From positions 1 through 64,000 of the forward strand of contig JAEHCQ010000004.1 in assembly GCA_020696385.1 (NCBI GenBank): DNA of 64,000 nt. The letters run 5' to 3'. Positions 30,759 through 39,741 of this stretch are shown piece by piece; position 1 is the first letter of the stretch, and every line of letters starts with the position of its first letter. Source of the DNA: Methanobacteriota archaeon (GTDB taxonomy: Archaea > Thermoplasmatota > Thermoplasmata > SG8-5 > JAGLSY01). The notes beneath the pieces were generated by a model, which did not search any database, was not told the DNA's origin, and worked only from the letters and a program-made list of their open reading frames with translations. The translations under genes and the position numbers were made by a program.

Positions 30759-31718
30759 TTAATTCTGCCACGTTTCCAATTCCCTCTCGATCATCTTCAG
30801 GTCCTTCTCATCAAGTGTCAAAGGACTTAGAGGAACTATCAGGATAGAATCCCTGATAGCGATCTGCTCATTGAGAAGTTGAACGAATTTCAGAACGGAC
30901 TGGTAGGAGTTATGGGATATCAGATATTCCATTCCAGAGAGAATTATGATGCCGTTCTCGCTCTTCTTCAGGAAATTCTCTATCTGGTAGAAAAGTGCAG
31001 ATAGATTCTGTGGAGCCACCGTGTTCTCGGTATCCGATGTCGATAGCCAGATGATCGGCGTCTTCTGAAGATCGAACTTCTTTCTTACTTTCGCGGGGAA
31101 GTCCCTGGTTATGCACAATCCTTGATGGCCGTGCGTGACATAATCCTTGAATATCTTGTATGAAATATCAGGAGCTTCTTCCTTTACCAGGTAGCTTGTC
31201 GCGGTCTCCAGCTCGTATTCCAGGTCCGATTGCTCCACGCTCTCAGCCTCTGGCTTGATATCCTGGCTGCTCAATGTGAGCTTGTGCGTGCAAAGTTCAT
31301 CACCCTTGCATATGCATGTTTCCTCCACGCATTCGTAGATCTTATTGAAAAGGGTTGAAACAACACCTGCAAGATAACCTCTGGTGAAATTACAACTGGG
31401 TACATCCCCCTTGCCCATTGCATTAGCCTCTACAGAATCTTCAAATTCTATAATGATCTGGTCTCCAATCAATTTAAGTGATCTTGTTCTCCCCAGGCCA
31501 GTCTCGATCATTATTCCAGGCATCGTCTCCTGGAATTCATCGAGATCCTCACATTCGAATCCAATGCTGCGGACAAGTCCTTCTCCGCATCTGAATCCGT
31601 ACCTTTCCATTGTTTCTTTGGATGGATCCTCACCAAGGATTATCTGAAGCTCATCGCTCAGACTCTTCAAAGCATCTCCAGGAATGACGAAGAAGCTGAC
31701 AGTTCCATCATCATCCAT
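30759..31718 (-). CDS. V4R domain + DUF835 (inactive KaiC-like) protein
   Basis: CNFTRGYLAG and VEETCICKGDELC V4R motifs; C-terminal GLCITR.FP, IWLS, G.EYLISHN. Confidence 0.85.
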   Translation of the reverse strand: MDDDGTVSFFVIPGDALKSLSDELQIILGEDPSKETMERYGFRCGEGLVRSIGFECEDLDEFQETMPGIMIETGLGRTRSLKLIGDQIIIEFEDSVEANAMGKGDVPSCNFTRGYLAGVVSTLFNKIYECVEETCICKGDELCTHKLTLSSQDIKPEAESVEQSDLEYELETATSYLVKEEAPDISYKIFKDYVTHGHQGLCITRDFPAKVRKKFDLQKTPIIWLSTSDTENTVAPQNLSALFYQIENFLKKSENGIIILSGMEYLISHNSYQSVLKFVQLLNEQIAIRDSILIVPLSPLTLDEKDLKMIERELETWQN

Positions 31719-32258
31719 TCAAGCACCTCCTTTCAGGAAGGAAGTTATGACCTCATTTCCAAGCTCGAGGAAGGATTCCTCCACATCTGCACCTGTTTTC
31801 GCACTGGTCAGATGATATGATAAATTGAATTTGTCAGCCACTGCCTTGATCTGCGCATCGGCTGGCCCCTTGTCATCCAGGAGATCGGATTTATTTCCAA
31901 GGAGTACGATCGGGGCGGCGTCATTAACACCTCTGAAAACACTGATCCAGTCTTCGAGCTTGTCCATTGTTTCCTTTCTGGTGACATCGCAGACTATGAA
32001 GGCCGCCGCAGCGCCCTTATAATACGTCGAATGAAGGTTATTGTGAACTCTCTGGCCAAGTATATCCCAGATAAGGAATGTGAGAAAGAACTCATCCTCT
32101 GGCCTATTGATGACGACCTGTTTTTTGGATACTTTTGTACCGAATGTCTTTATGTATTTATCATCGAATGAGTCATCCACGAATTTCTTGATCAAACTGG
32201 TTTTACCGACGGCTCCGTCGCCTAATAAACATATCTTCTTCATCAACTTCTTAGCCAT
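31719..32258 (-). CDS. Rab-like small GTPase (Ras superfamily), stand-alone
   Basis: G1 GDGAVGKT, G2 YIKTFG, G3 WDILGQ, G4 NKSD, G5 SAK; start ATG 32258 after GGGTGA. Confidence 0.9.
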   Translation of the reverse strand: MAKKLMKKICLLGDGAVGKTSLIKKFVDDSFDDKYIKTFGTKVSKKQVVINRPEDEFFLTFLIWDILGQRVHNNLHSTYYKGAAAAFIVCDVTRKETMDKLEDWISVFRGVNDAAPIVLLGNKSDLLDDKGPADAQIKAVADKFNLSYHLTSAKTGADVEESFLELGNEVITSFLKGGA

Positions 32259-32263
32259 TACAA

Positions 32264-33085
32264 TCACCCATATTGTTCGATCATTCTCTTCCTCTTGGCC
32301 AAATGTGATTTGACCGTGAACTCGTCCTTGAAGCCCATTTCCACCTGAGCCAGATTTTCCACTGCCTGGATCAGGTTCTCCTTTACAGGGCCTTTTACAT
32401 CCAGTCCCGCCCTTGAGAATTGTTGCCTCACCATGGCCATCGCGGTGTCCCTGTCCCCGAATGATTCGCAGAACTCATTGATTATCACATCAGTGACATC
32501 CACAAGGTTCTTGATCTCCTTCTTTGTCACTGTTTGTGATTGTGAGCTTTCCATGGCCTGGTCTGAGATTATGGATATGCCGAGGGCCTCGAACATCTCC
32601 TCGACATTCTCTCCGGTCTTCGCACTGCTGAGGAAATATTTGGTATCATATTTGTCAGCCAGCTCTTGAAGATCATCATTCGTGATCTGCCTCTGATCTA
32701 CCAGATCGGCCTTGTTCCCGACAAAGGTCAAAGGTATGTCCTCGCGCACCTTCCTAACCTCCGGTATCCAATAATCTTCCAGGCTGGCAAGGGTCTCTTT
32801 CCTTGTGAGGTCGCATACCATCAGAGCACCTTCTCCACCTTTGTAGCTGGTGGATTGGATGGATGTGTAACCCTTCTGCCCAAGGATATCCCATATCATG
32901 AGTGTGAGGTCGACCTTTTCATCACCATGTTCGAGGCTGAGAACCTTCTTCGTGACCTTTGTTCCAATGGTGGTGATGTACTTGTCATCGAACTTATCCA
33001 TCACGTATTTGTGGATAAGACTGGTCTTACCGACAGCCCCATCTCCAAGCATGAGTACTTTTCTCTTTACACGACGAACATCCAT
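32264..33085 (-). CDS. Rab-like small GTPase with about 90-aa C-terminal helical extension
   Basis: G1 GDGAVGKT, YITTIG, WDILGQ, NKAD, SAKTGENV. Confidence 0.9.
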   Translation of the reverse strand: MDVRRVKRKVLMLGDGAVGKTSLIHKYVMDKFDDKYITTIGTKVTKKVLSLEHGDEKVDLTLMIWDILGQKGYTSIQSTSYKGGEGALMVCDLTRKETLASLEDYWIPEVRKVREDIPLTFVGNKADLVDQRQITNDDLQELADKYDTKYFLSSAKTGENVEEMFEALGISIISDQAMESSQSQTVTKKEIKNLVDVTDVIINEFCESFGDRDTAMAMVRQQFSRAGLDVKGPVKENLIQAVENLAQVEMGFKDEFTVKSHLAKRKRMIEQYG

Positions 33086-33241
33086 ACTATTTCCTCAACC
33101 AATTGAGGGATTCACAAGACAAAAGCCTTGGAAGCCCTTATTGAATTCAATCCAAGCCAAGCTTGGAGATAATCCAATAATGAAACTACATGGCACTTAC
33201 CATAGATATAGATTACTAATAATTTTAAATCAATTTGAAAA

Positions 33242-34084
33242 TCATTTCAACTCAGCAATATACTCTTCCAATCCAGTTCCTGATCTTTTAAGGATCTTCT
33301 TCAATTCCTTCGACACCCCTGTCCCGTACTGCATGGCCTTCTTCGGCCTTTGCGCTATCGGGGAGGGAACTCCAATATCCTCTGCCAGATGCCTCAGCAC
33401 TTTCTTGTTCTGATCCTCATCTATCTTATGAATGAAAGGTATGGTCTTGCCATATTCGATGATCGCTGGATCAAGGTACGGAAGAATCAGCTTCTTGCCA
33501 AAATACCCTGCCATCTTGTGGTAAAAGGAAGCCTCGCTCTCGATTATTTCCATGATGTCCCGATCCATCATGGCCTGTGCTTCCTTCTCATCAACTTCCC
33601 TGTATTTCCTGTATCCGCCAAAGACCTCGTCAGCTCCCTGGCCCAATATCAGGGTTCTTTCCTCCACCTGGCTAAGTATGAGATAAAAAGGAATGAAGAC
33701 AGCCATCCATTTTGGATTGTCCATTCCGATATCATGGACAATGTGCTTGATCGCCATTTCAACATCTTCCACATCGATCTTCACTTGCTCTATATACAGC
33801 CCCATAAGGTCTGCAGCTTCTTTCGACCAGTTGAGATCGTTCGATCCCTTGAACCCGATGGAATATAATTTCGGGGTGAAGAATTCCTTCGATACAATAT
33901 GAGCCAGCAAAGCGCTATCCAGACCACCGGAGAAAAGAACAGCGGTCTTCTTTTGGTGGTCCTGATCATGATGATTATAGCGACGATCATCGCCCAGCTC
34001 TTTTTCAAGATGACCCAGAATAAGTCGATGTGTGTCATCAATATTCTTCTGAAGATCTGGATCTTTTGTCAAGGTATCAACCAA
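33242..34084 (-). CDS. Asparagine synthase C-terminal (synthetase)-domain protein lacking the glutaminase domain
   Basis: FSGGLDS, GQGADEVFGGY, RPKKAMQYGTG; start uncertain (TTG 34084 overlapping glyS stop). Confidence 0.8.
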   Translation of the reverse strand: MVDTLTKDPDLQKNIDDTHRLILGHLEKELGDDRRYNHHDQDHQKKTAVLFSGGLDSALLAHIVSKEFFTPKLYSIGFKGSNDLNWSKEAADLMGLYIEQVKIDVEDVEMAIKHIVHDIGMDNPKWMAVFIPFYLILSQVEERTLILGQGADEVFGGYRKYREVDEKEAQAMMDRDIMEIIESEASFYHKMAGYFGKKLILPYLDPAIIEYGKTIPFIHKIDEDQNKKVLRHLAEDIGVPSPIAQRPKKAMQYGTGVSKELKKILKRSGTGLEEYIAELK

Positions 34085-35768
34085 TGGCTTCGAAGGCCAG
34101 TGAGGAATCCGCAAGAGATATGGCTATCCTCTCCAGGTCATCCATCTTCACCCTTTTCTGGTCTTTCGTATCCCTGTCTCTGATCGTGACGCAGCCATCT
34201 TCCTTTGTCTCATAATCCACGGTTATGCAGAACGGTGTTCCAGCCTCGTCCATTCTGGCATACCTTCTGCCAATGGTTCCGCTGCCGTCATAGTAGGTCA
34301 ATAATCCTTTCTGCCTCAGTTTCTTGTCGATATCAGAGGCCATGTCATCCAGGCCATCTTTCGACATGAGCGGGAACACACCGAATTTGATCGGTGCTAT
34401 GGTGACTGGCAGACCAAGTGTCACGTACTCTCCATCTTCCTTGTAATTGTGATCCATCACGGTGTAGAAGATACGATCCAGTCCGTATGAAGGCTCGATG
34501 ACATGGGGTACGATCCTCTTGCCGCTGACCTTCTTCTTCTCCTGTGATATGGTGAAACATTCTGGAGGTATGGATACTTCTTCCCCATCCATGTCCAGAA
34601 CAATCGGTATGGCGGTATCGAGGCCATCACAAGGCATCTCACTAAGCTTTGTGGCTATGGCTCCTGCCTTGCCCTTGAACAATGGGCCAAGGGCGCTCAG
34701 ATTGGGCACTATGATCGTGGCCTCCATCTCTATGGGCTCAGGGAATCTGATGAATGCTGTCAGCTCCGCGCCAGATTCATCAATGTGGCTCTGAAGGTCA
34801 TAACAACCTCGATCAGCTATGCCGACCAACTCCAGCCAACCATAGCCAGTCATTGCCTCGCAATCCCAGCAATCCTCGGCATAATGCGCCATCTCGGTCT
34901 TCAGATGCTGTCTGAATCTCAGCTTCTTCGAGTCCAGACCTGCAGAGGTAAGAATATGCTGAGTAAGGTGCATGAAGTAGGCCAGTGGTTCATTGGCAAT
35001 GATGCCTTTGTCCACTGCATCTCTCAGGGTGATGTCTTGTTCATCGGCACCGTCGGGCAATAATCTGAGTGTCTTGCTAGACACTTCGTCAAAGCCAGGC
35101 CAGACCTTGTTGCTGGGGTCGAAGAAGACCTCGGCCTCCATCATATTGAATTCTCTGACTCTTGTGATGCTCTGCCTCGGAGAGATCTCATTCCTGAAAC
35201 CTTTACCAAGTTGAACTATTCCAAAAGGTAGTTTTTCACGGTTGAATTTGTAAAGCAAATGGAAATTGAAGAACATGGCTTGCGCGGTCTCCGGCCTCAT
35301 GTAACCGTCCCTTCCGCCAATGGGTCCGACCATTGTCTTGAACATAAGATTGACAGATACTGGCTCTGATAATCCGCCTTTGCAGGATGGACATTTGATC
35401 CCATGCTTCACCATGGCCTCTTGAAGTTCATCCTGGCTCATTGCATCTGGATTATCCTCCACCTCCTCTAGAAGATGATCCGCCCTGAAGGCCTGATTGC
35501 ATTTCTGGCATTGGACTGAGAAATCCGTGAATTCTGAGAGGTGGCCGCTTGCCCTGAACACATCCTCAGGTGAGATAATGGGTGAGAATATTTCGGACAT
35601 TCCTTCTCTCATAACATAATTATTTCGCCATAGACTTTCAATATTGGTCTTCATGGTCGATCCCAGAGGGCCGTAATCGTACAGTCCGGCCATACCGCCG
35701 TATATCTCGAAGGATGGGAAGAAGAAACCTCGCCTCTTTGCAAGCCCAAGAATGATGTTTGGATCCAT
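34077..35768 (-). CDS. glyS: Glycine--tRNA ligase (archaeal/eukaryotic type)
   Basis: RRGF, YDYGPLG, RPETAQ, FRNEISPRQ, EMAHYA, PHVIEPS.G.DR, IGRRYAR.DE.GTP. Confidence 0.97.
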   Translation of the reverse strand: MDPNIILGLAKRRGFFFPSFEIYGGMAGLYDYGPLGSTMKTNIESLWRNNYVMREGMSEIFSPIISPEDVFRASGHLSEFTDFSVQCQKCNQAFRADHLLEEVEDNPDAMSQDELQEAMVKHGIKCPSCKGGLSEPVSVNLMFKTMVGPIGGRDGYMRPETAQAMFFNFHLLYKFNREKLPFGIVQLGKGFRNEISPRQSITRVREFNMMEAEVFFDPSNKVWPGFDEVSSKTLRLLPDGADEQDITLRDAVDKGIIANEPLAYFMHLTQHILTSAGLDSKKLRFRQHLKTEMAHYAEDCWDCEAMTGYGWLELVGIADRGCYDLQSHIDESGAELTAFIRFPEPIEMEATIIVPNLSALGPLFKGKAGAIATKLSEMPCDGLDTAIPIVLDMDGEEVSIPPECFTISQEKKKVSGKRIVPHVIEPSYGLDRIFYTVMDHNYKEDGEYVTLGLPVTIAPIKFGVFPLMSKDGLDDMASDIDKKLRQKGLLTYYDGSGTIGRRYARMDEAGTPFCITVDYETKEDGCVTIRDRDTKDQKRVKMDDLERIAISLADSSLAFEAIG

Positions 35769-35772
35769 GGTA

Positions 35773-36615
35773 TCACGGTAGCATGGCTTCAAGGAGATCG
35801 AGCTCGTATATCATCGCGATGAGCTTGTCCTTGGAATCCCTTATTGGCAATTGTCCATAATCGTACTTCTTCATGATCCTGGCAGCTTCGCTGACCGATG
35901 TTTTCCTGAATACGGTTCGCGGTTCCTTGATCATGACATCTTTTACAGGGATGTTAGGTAATTCTATCCTTCTCACATCGAAGTACAATTTCATGACGTT
36001 CCTGAGACCTTCCCAGCTCCATTCATCCTCGTCCTCTCCGAGTCCAAGGGCTGACATGGCCGCGCTGACATTGATGGTCGATAGGTTGAACATATCCCTG
36101 TCGGTCACAAGACCGCTCAGTTTGCCATGCTCATCAAGAACGGGAGCGGCTACAAGGCCAGCAACCCTGAATACCGCATCCACGGTAGGCAGTGGTGACC
36201 CTTCATAGACTGGAACACATGGTGTTCTGACGTATTTATCCACCTGGGTCTTAATATCCATATCCTCTATTATCTGTAGAAAGTCAGCAGGGGTGATGAT
36301 GCCCACCAGCTTGTCATTCTTGACTATTGGAAGATGGTGCAGATCATGGGTGAGTAGCAATTCCGCTGCCTCAATTATATCATCAGATGGTCCAAGTGTG
36401 GGGTAGTCCTTGTTAATTATCAGAGCCAGTTGCTCCTCTTCTGGTTTTTTTGTGATATCCTGCCTTGTCACGAACCCTATCAGAGTTCCTTCCTTTGCCT
36501 TTATAACTGGAACTCCAGTCTTGTTCTCATTGACTAGCAGTCTCAATAGATCTGTTCTATTTCCAGGCAATTCTGCAACGATCGGATTCGTCGTCATTAG
36601 CTCTTTTATTTTCAA
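35773..36615 (-). CDS. CBS domain protein (two CBS pairs)
   Basis: Four CBS repeats; TTG start after GGAGGTGA; upstream of glyS. Confidence 0.9.
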   Translation of the reverse strand: MKIKELMTTNPIVAELPGNRTDLLRLLVNENKTGVPVIKAKEGTLIGFVTRQDITKKPEEEQLALIINKDYPTLGPSDDIIEAAELLLTHDLHHLPIVKNDKLVGIITPADFLQIIEDMDIKTQVDKYVRTPCVPVYEGSPLPTVDAVFRVAGLVAAPVLDEHGKLSGLVTDRDMFNLSTINVSAAMSALGLGEDEDEWSWEGLRNVMKLYFDVRRIELPNIPVKDVMIKEPRTVFRKTSVSEAARIMKKYDYGQLPIRDSKDKLIAMIYELDLLEAMLP

Positions 36616-36655
36616 TCTCTCACCTCCAATTGGTATGAATTTTGATATGCTTTTT

Positions 36656-37738
36656 CTAACCCTGTGATCTCCACTTGAAGCGTATATCTTTCGGGGTAGA
36701 ACCGATTACTTGGCTTGCTGGCTTCCCAGCAGACCAATCCAGTACAATGAATCCATCCTGCCCCCAGGGTTTGACACCTATATCTGGATTCGATTTTAAT
36801 ACTTTTCTACTATTGTCTATCATGATATTTAATAACTTCTCATCGTCCATGATATTATCTGACACCAAGTTTCCCACCATATCTTTGAGAACTCTCATCT
36901 CTTTGAACATATCCGGTTCTGCCAACATCACATTGTCAGACCCCAGGCATATATCGACACCTGCTTCCAGCATCCTTTTGACCGGGGGAATCATATCGAA
37001 GAAAGCATTGGAACTGGGGCATATGACAATGGGAATTCCTTTATCCGCACACAGAGCCAGATCATCATCGCTTGCATGTATCATATGAACGAGAAACTTT
37101 GGTTTTAGATCAAGTATGAGATCGATATCTTCCCTCGATCTCTCGCTCGCGTGCAAAGCCAGAGCCCTTCCTTTGCCAGCCAGATATTCCCCTATAGCCT
37201 TTAGTTCATCATGGTCCCAGTCAGAAACAGAGCTGATCCCCAGGCCAGTTGATATCTCCAGTAAACCATCTATCTCATCCTGATCAAAAGCATTGCTTCC
37301 TGGCCGGGCATAGATATCGCATCTGATCCTTCCATCCAGAGGTGGCTTAATTTCATTTTTCATGGCCTCGGAAAGCTGTCTGGCTCCCATTATTCCCTCT
37401 TCTCTGAAATCAATGAATCTACCAATACCGTTGCTCTCCATCGTCCTGATGCTTTTCCCCATACCTCTGACAATATCTTCTTCCGAGGTCTGTTTCAGCA
37501 TCCGGTGCTTGTAGCCATCCGGTGGTCCCACGATCTCCTCAACTGTGCCTTTTAGAGGTCTTGGTATCGCGGAATCCCCAATATGTGTGTGGCAGTTGAT
37601 GAGCTTTGGAATTATGATACCATTATGATCAGCTCCTTCCAGGATGCCTGGCCTCATCTCATATCCATTATCCGAGATAACAATGTGCCCCTCTTCGAAC
37701 TTTCTATCTTTATAGATCATGCCAGATATCGTGATCAT
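36656..37738 (-). CDS. Amidohydrolase family (nucleoside deaminase-like)
   Basis: NCHTHIGD, DFREEG, HASE, LVHM.H, CP.SN, LGSDN. Confidence 0.88.
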   Translation of the reverse strand: MITISGMIYKDRKFEEGHIVISDNGYEMRPGILEGADHNGIIIPKLINCHTHIGDSAIPRPLKGTVEEIVGPPDGYKHRMLKQTSEEDIVRGMGKSIRTMESNGIGRFIDFREEGIMGARQLSEAMKNEIKPPLDGRIRCDIYARPGSNAFDQDEIDGLLEISTGLGISSVSDWDHDELKAIGEYLAGKGRALALHASERSREDIDLILDLKPKFLVHMIHASDDDLALCADKGIPIVICPSSNAFFDMIPPVKRMLEAGVDICLGSDNVMLAEPDMFKEMRVLKDMVGNLVSDNIMDDEKLLNIMIDNSRKVLKSNPDIGVKPWGQDGFIVLDWSAGKPASQVIGSTPKDIRFKWRSQG

Positions 37739-37876
37739 CCCGACTACATAAGGAATGGTAAATTAAAAACATTGCATGTGAACTATCAGGCCCTAAAGGA
37801 TCTGAAAGTTCCCAGAAATAGGCCATAGTCCCAATAACGCAGCGGTATTATCGCTGCGACCAATTACTGAGAAAAC

Positions 37877-37935
37877 GATGGGATTTCTAATCGCCTTAGT
37901 TCTCTATCCCACTAGAGATTAGAAGAGTTAATACG
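37877..37935. repeat. Dispersed palindromic intergenic element, copy 1
   Basis: GATGGG..TTTCTAATCGCCT...CACTAGAGATTAGAAGAGTTAATACG; homologous to 58417-58495. Confidence 0.7.
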
Positions 37936-38079
37936 ATCTCATTTTAATCCTATCTGGGTATTTACTCCATGGCTACCGTTTACTCTTCAAATACTTCCAC
38001 ATATTCATTGAATATAACTTGTGAGCCCTAAATAATTCAATAATAGGCTGTGAAGTCTTTAATTTCAACAATGGTCCTA

Positions 38080-38388
38080 TTACCTGTAAAAACTGTAGTG
38101 ATTGAGTATGCGCCCCAATCTCTTGACCTGGTCAGCTGTCAGAAGCCCTTCCTTCTCTTTCTCCAGAATGAAGTCCGATGCGGCGATTATATCGATCTTA
38201 TCCGCTTTCGCGATTATCGAGCCCTTTATTGTCCCCTCGAGATTCGGAGCCAGTCCCTGCAGGACATCGTTCATCTCGAATTTGAACTCCTCGATCTTCC
38301 TAAGATTGAGCCTTTTCTTCTTCGGGACATAGGTCTTCTTCTTTGGGCGGGCATCTCTCCTATTGCCTTTGTATCTAGTGCTGGCTAA
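38080..38388 (-). CDS. Small basic hypothetical protein; start uncertain (ATG 38274 or non-canonical TTA 38388)
   Basis: Frame is open well upstream of ATG 38274 (ASTRYKGNRRDARPKKTYVPKKKRLNLRKIEEFKFE); GGGGG lies 7 nt before TTA. Confidence 0.6.
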   Translation of the reverse strand, partial: LASTRYKGNRRDARPKKKTYVPKKKRLNLRKIEEFKFEMNDVLQGLAPNLEGTIKGSIIAKADKIDIIAASDFILEKEKEGLLTADQVKRLGRILNHYSFYR

Positions 38389-38767
38389 GGTGATTCCCCC
38401 TTCTTTTGCCTTCTTCTTCCTCAGATCCTGTTCCTATCGTGGAGCTCATGGCCATGTTCCTGTCCCTGGACATTCTCATCAGGACATGTTCCTCATCCTT
38501 GTATTTGACGTACTCCTCGAAGGAAATATTCGGAGCAATGTCTCGAAAAATCTCAAAGGCCACCAGTTCGGAATTATTGGAGTGCATGTACCTTCCATCT
38601 CCGATCTCGTACACCATCTCGCCCCCGACCATCTTCTTCAGATCATCCTGGAGCTCGTCTTCTCCGAGCATGATCTTTTCAGAGAGGGTTTGCACGGAAA
38701 TAACTCTATCCGTGTTCTTTCTGAAGTGGGTCAAGAGCCTGTCTATATTGCTTATTGTCTGAGCCAT
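38375..38767 (-). CDS. Hypothetical protein with winged-helix-like N-terminus
   Basis: 130-aa ORF; helix-turn-helix and wing-like pattern (VQTLSEKIMLGEDELQDDLKKM..VYEIGDGRY). Confidence 0.65.
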   Translation of the reverse strand: MAQTISNIDRLLTHFRKNTDRVISVQTLSEKIMLGEDELQDDLKKMVGGEMVYEIGDGRYMHSNNSELVAFEIFRDIAPNISFEEYVKYKDEEHVLMRMSRDRNMAMSSTIGTGSEEEEGKRRGNHLSQH

Positions 38768-38890
38768 TAAGCCGCCCAATACACTCAAGTGAATTAAAGG
38801 TTTTGCAGTTTTGTTGGCTTTGATTAGTCAGGCGGAGGTGTGAGATAATGGGCTTAAAGGGCTGAGAAAGAAAGATCATCAATACACGTC

Positions 38891-39016
38891 TTGCCAGTTA
38901 ATTTAACAAAACTAAAGTTTTCCCAAACCTTTATTAACAATACTTCAAATAACCTATAATAACATATTAATACTTTAATATTTTTGAAATATTAGGTAAT
39001 TATAAGCAACTGGCAA
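38891..39016. promoter_or_regulatory. AT-rich divergent promoter region with inverted repeats
   Basis: TAATATTT-TTG-AAATATTA at 38976-38994; TTGCCAGTT (38891-38899) and AACTGGCAA (39008-39016) flank the AT-rich core. Confidence 0.45.
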
Positions 39017-39036
39017 CTGAAAAAGAAGGGGACGAT

Positions 39037-39741
39037 ATGAACAAGAAGGAACTTCAAACAAGCCTCTCCATAATGGGCAGGGAGAGGTCGCTGGACATTA
39101 TTTCGTTTGCTGTTGACCATGGCTGGTCAACAGCAACCGAGATATCTCATGGTCTGGACATGCACGTGGCAACCGCAGTTAAGCATTTGCAGGACCTGGA
39201 ATCGATCGATGTGCTGGAGTCCAGAACAAGAAAGGGAAAGACGAGAAGCGCCCTGGAATACAATATAAAAAATTCCAGGATATTCTACGATATCGACATC
39301 ATGTCTTTGGGTAGCCAGGGTGAGATGGAGAAGGACAATGATCTCCATCTTTCCATGGTCTTCTTGTGTGAATTCTCCCAGCGTCTTATGAGGTTCACTG
39401 GTAACACGACAGGGTCGCTCCTTGAGTCCTGGAAGAAGGATCTGGGTTTGGATGATGCCGTGTTGGGTCATCTGAGAACGTGCATTGATTCTTATGAACC
39501 AGATGATGAGAATAGATCATCTGGTTTGGCTGATAAGATGGATGGTTTGGACCATTTGCAGATAATTGACTCGATCCTCGAATTCGAAGAGCGAACAATG
39601 GGCAGGTCTTCATTGATCTCTCTTGTCAATATTTCACTGGCCCGGGCTTTCAAAGATATGAAAATGGAGGAGGAGGGATCCAACTCCTCACTTTACAAAT
39701 TGATCAATAAAAAATATTCGACAAGAGAGGTGGAAAAATGA
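39037..39741 (+). CDS. ArsR-like winged-helix regulator with C-terminal helical domain
   Basis: STATEISHGLDMHVATAVKHLQDL...VLESR.R.GKTRSALEY. Confidence 0.8.
   Translation: MNKKELQTSLSIMGRERSLDIISFAVDHGWSTATEISHGLDMHVATAVKHLQDLESIDVLESRTRKGKTRSALEYNIKNSRIFYDIDIMSLGSQGEMEKDNDLHLSMVFLCEFSQRLMRFTGNTTGSLLESWKKDLGLDDAVLGHLRTCIDSYEPDDENRSSGLADKMDGLDHLQIIDSILEFEERTMGRSSLISLVNISLARAFKDMKMEEEGSNSSLYKLINKKYSTREVEK

Noticed and set aside
31719-33085. Eukaryotic contamination or Roco proteins
   Set aside because: Intronless, operonic, host-like codon usage and RBS, flanked by archaeal genes; no LRR or COR domain.
38790-39036. Replication origin
   Set aside because: AT-rich with inverted repeats but no recognisable ORB with G-string and no orc1/cdc6 nearby.
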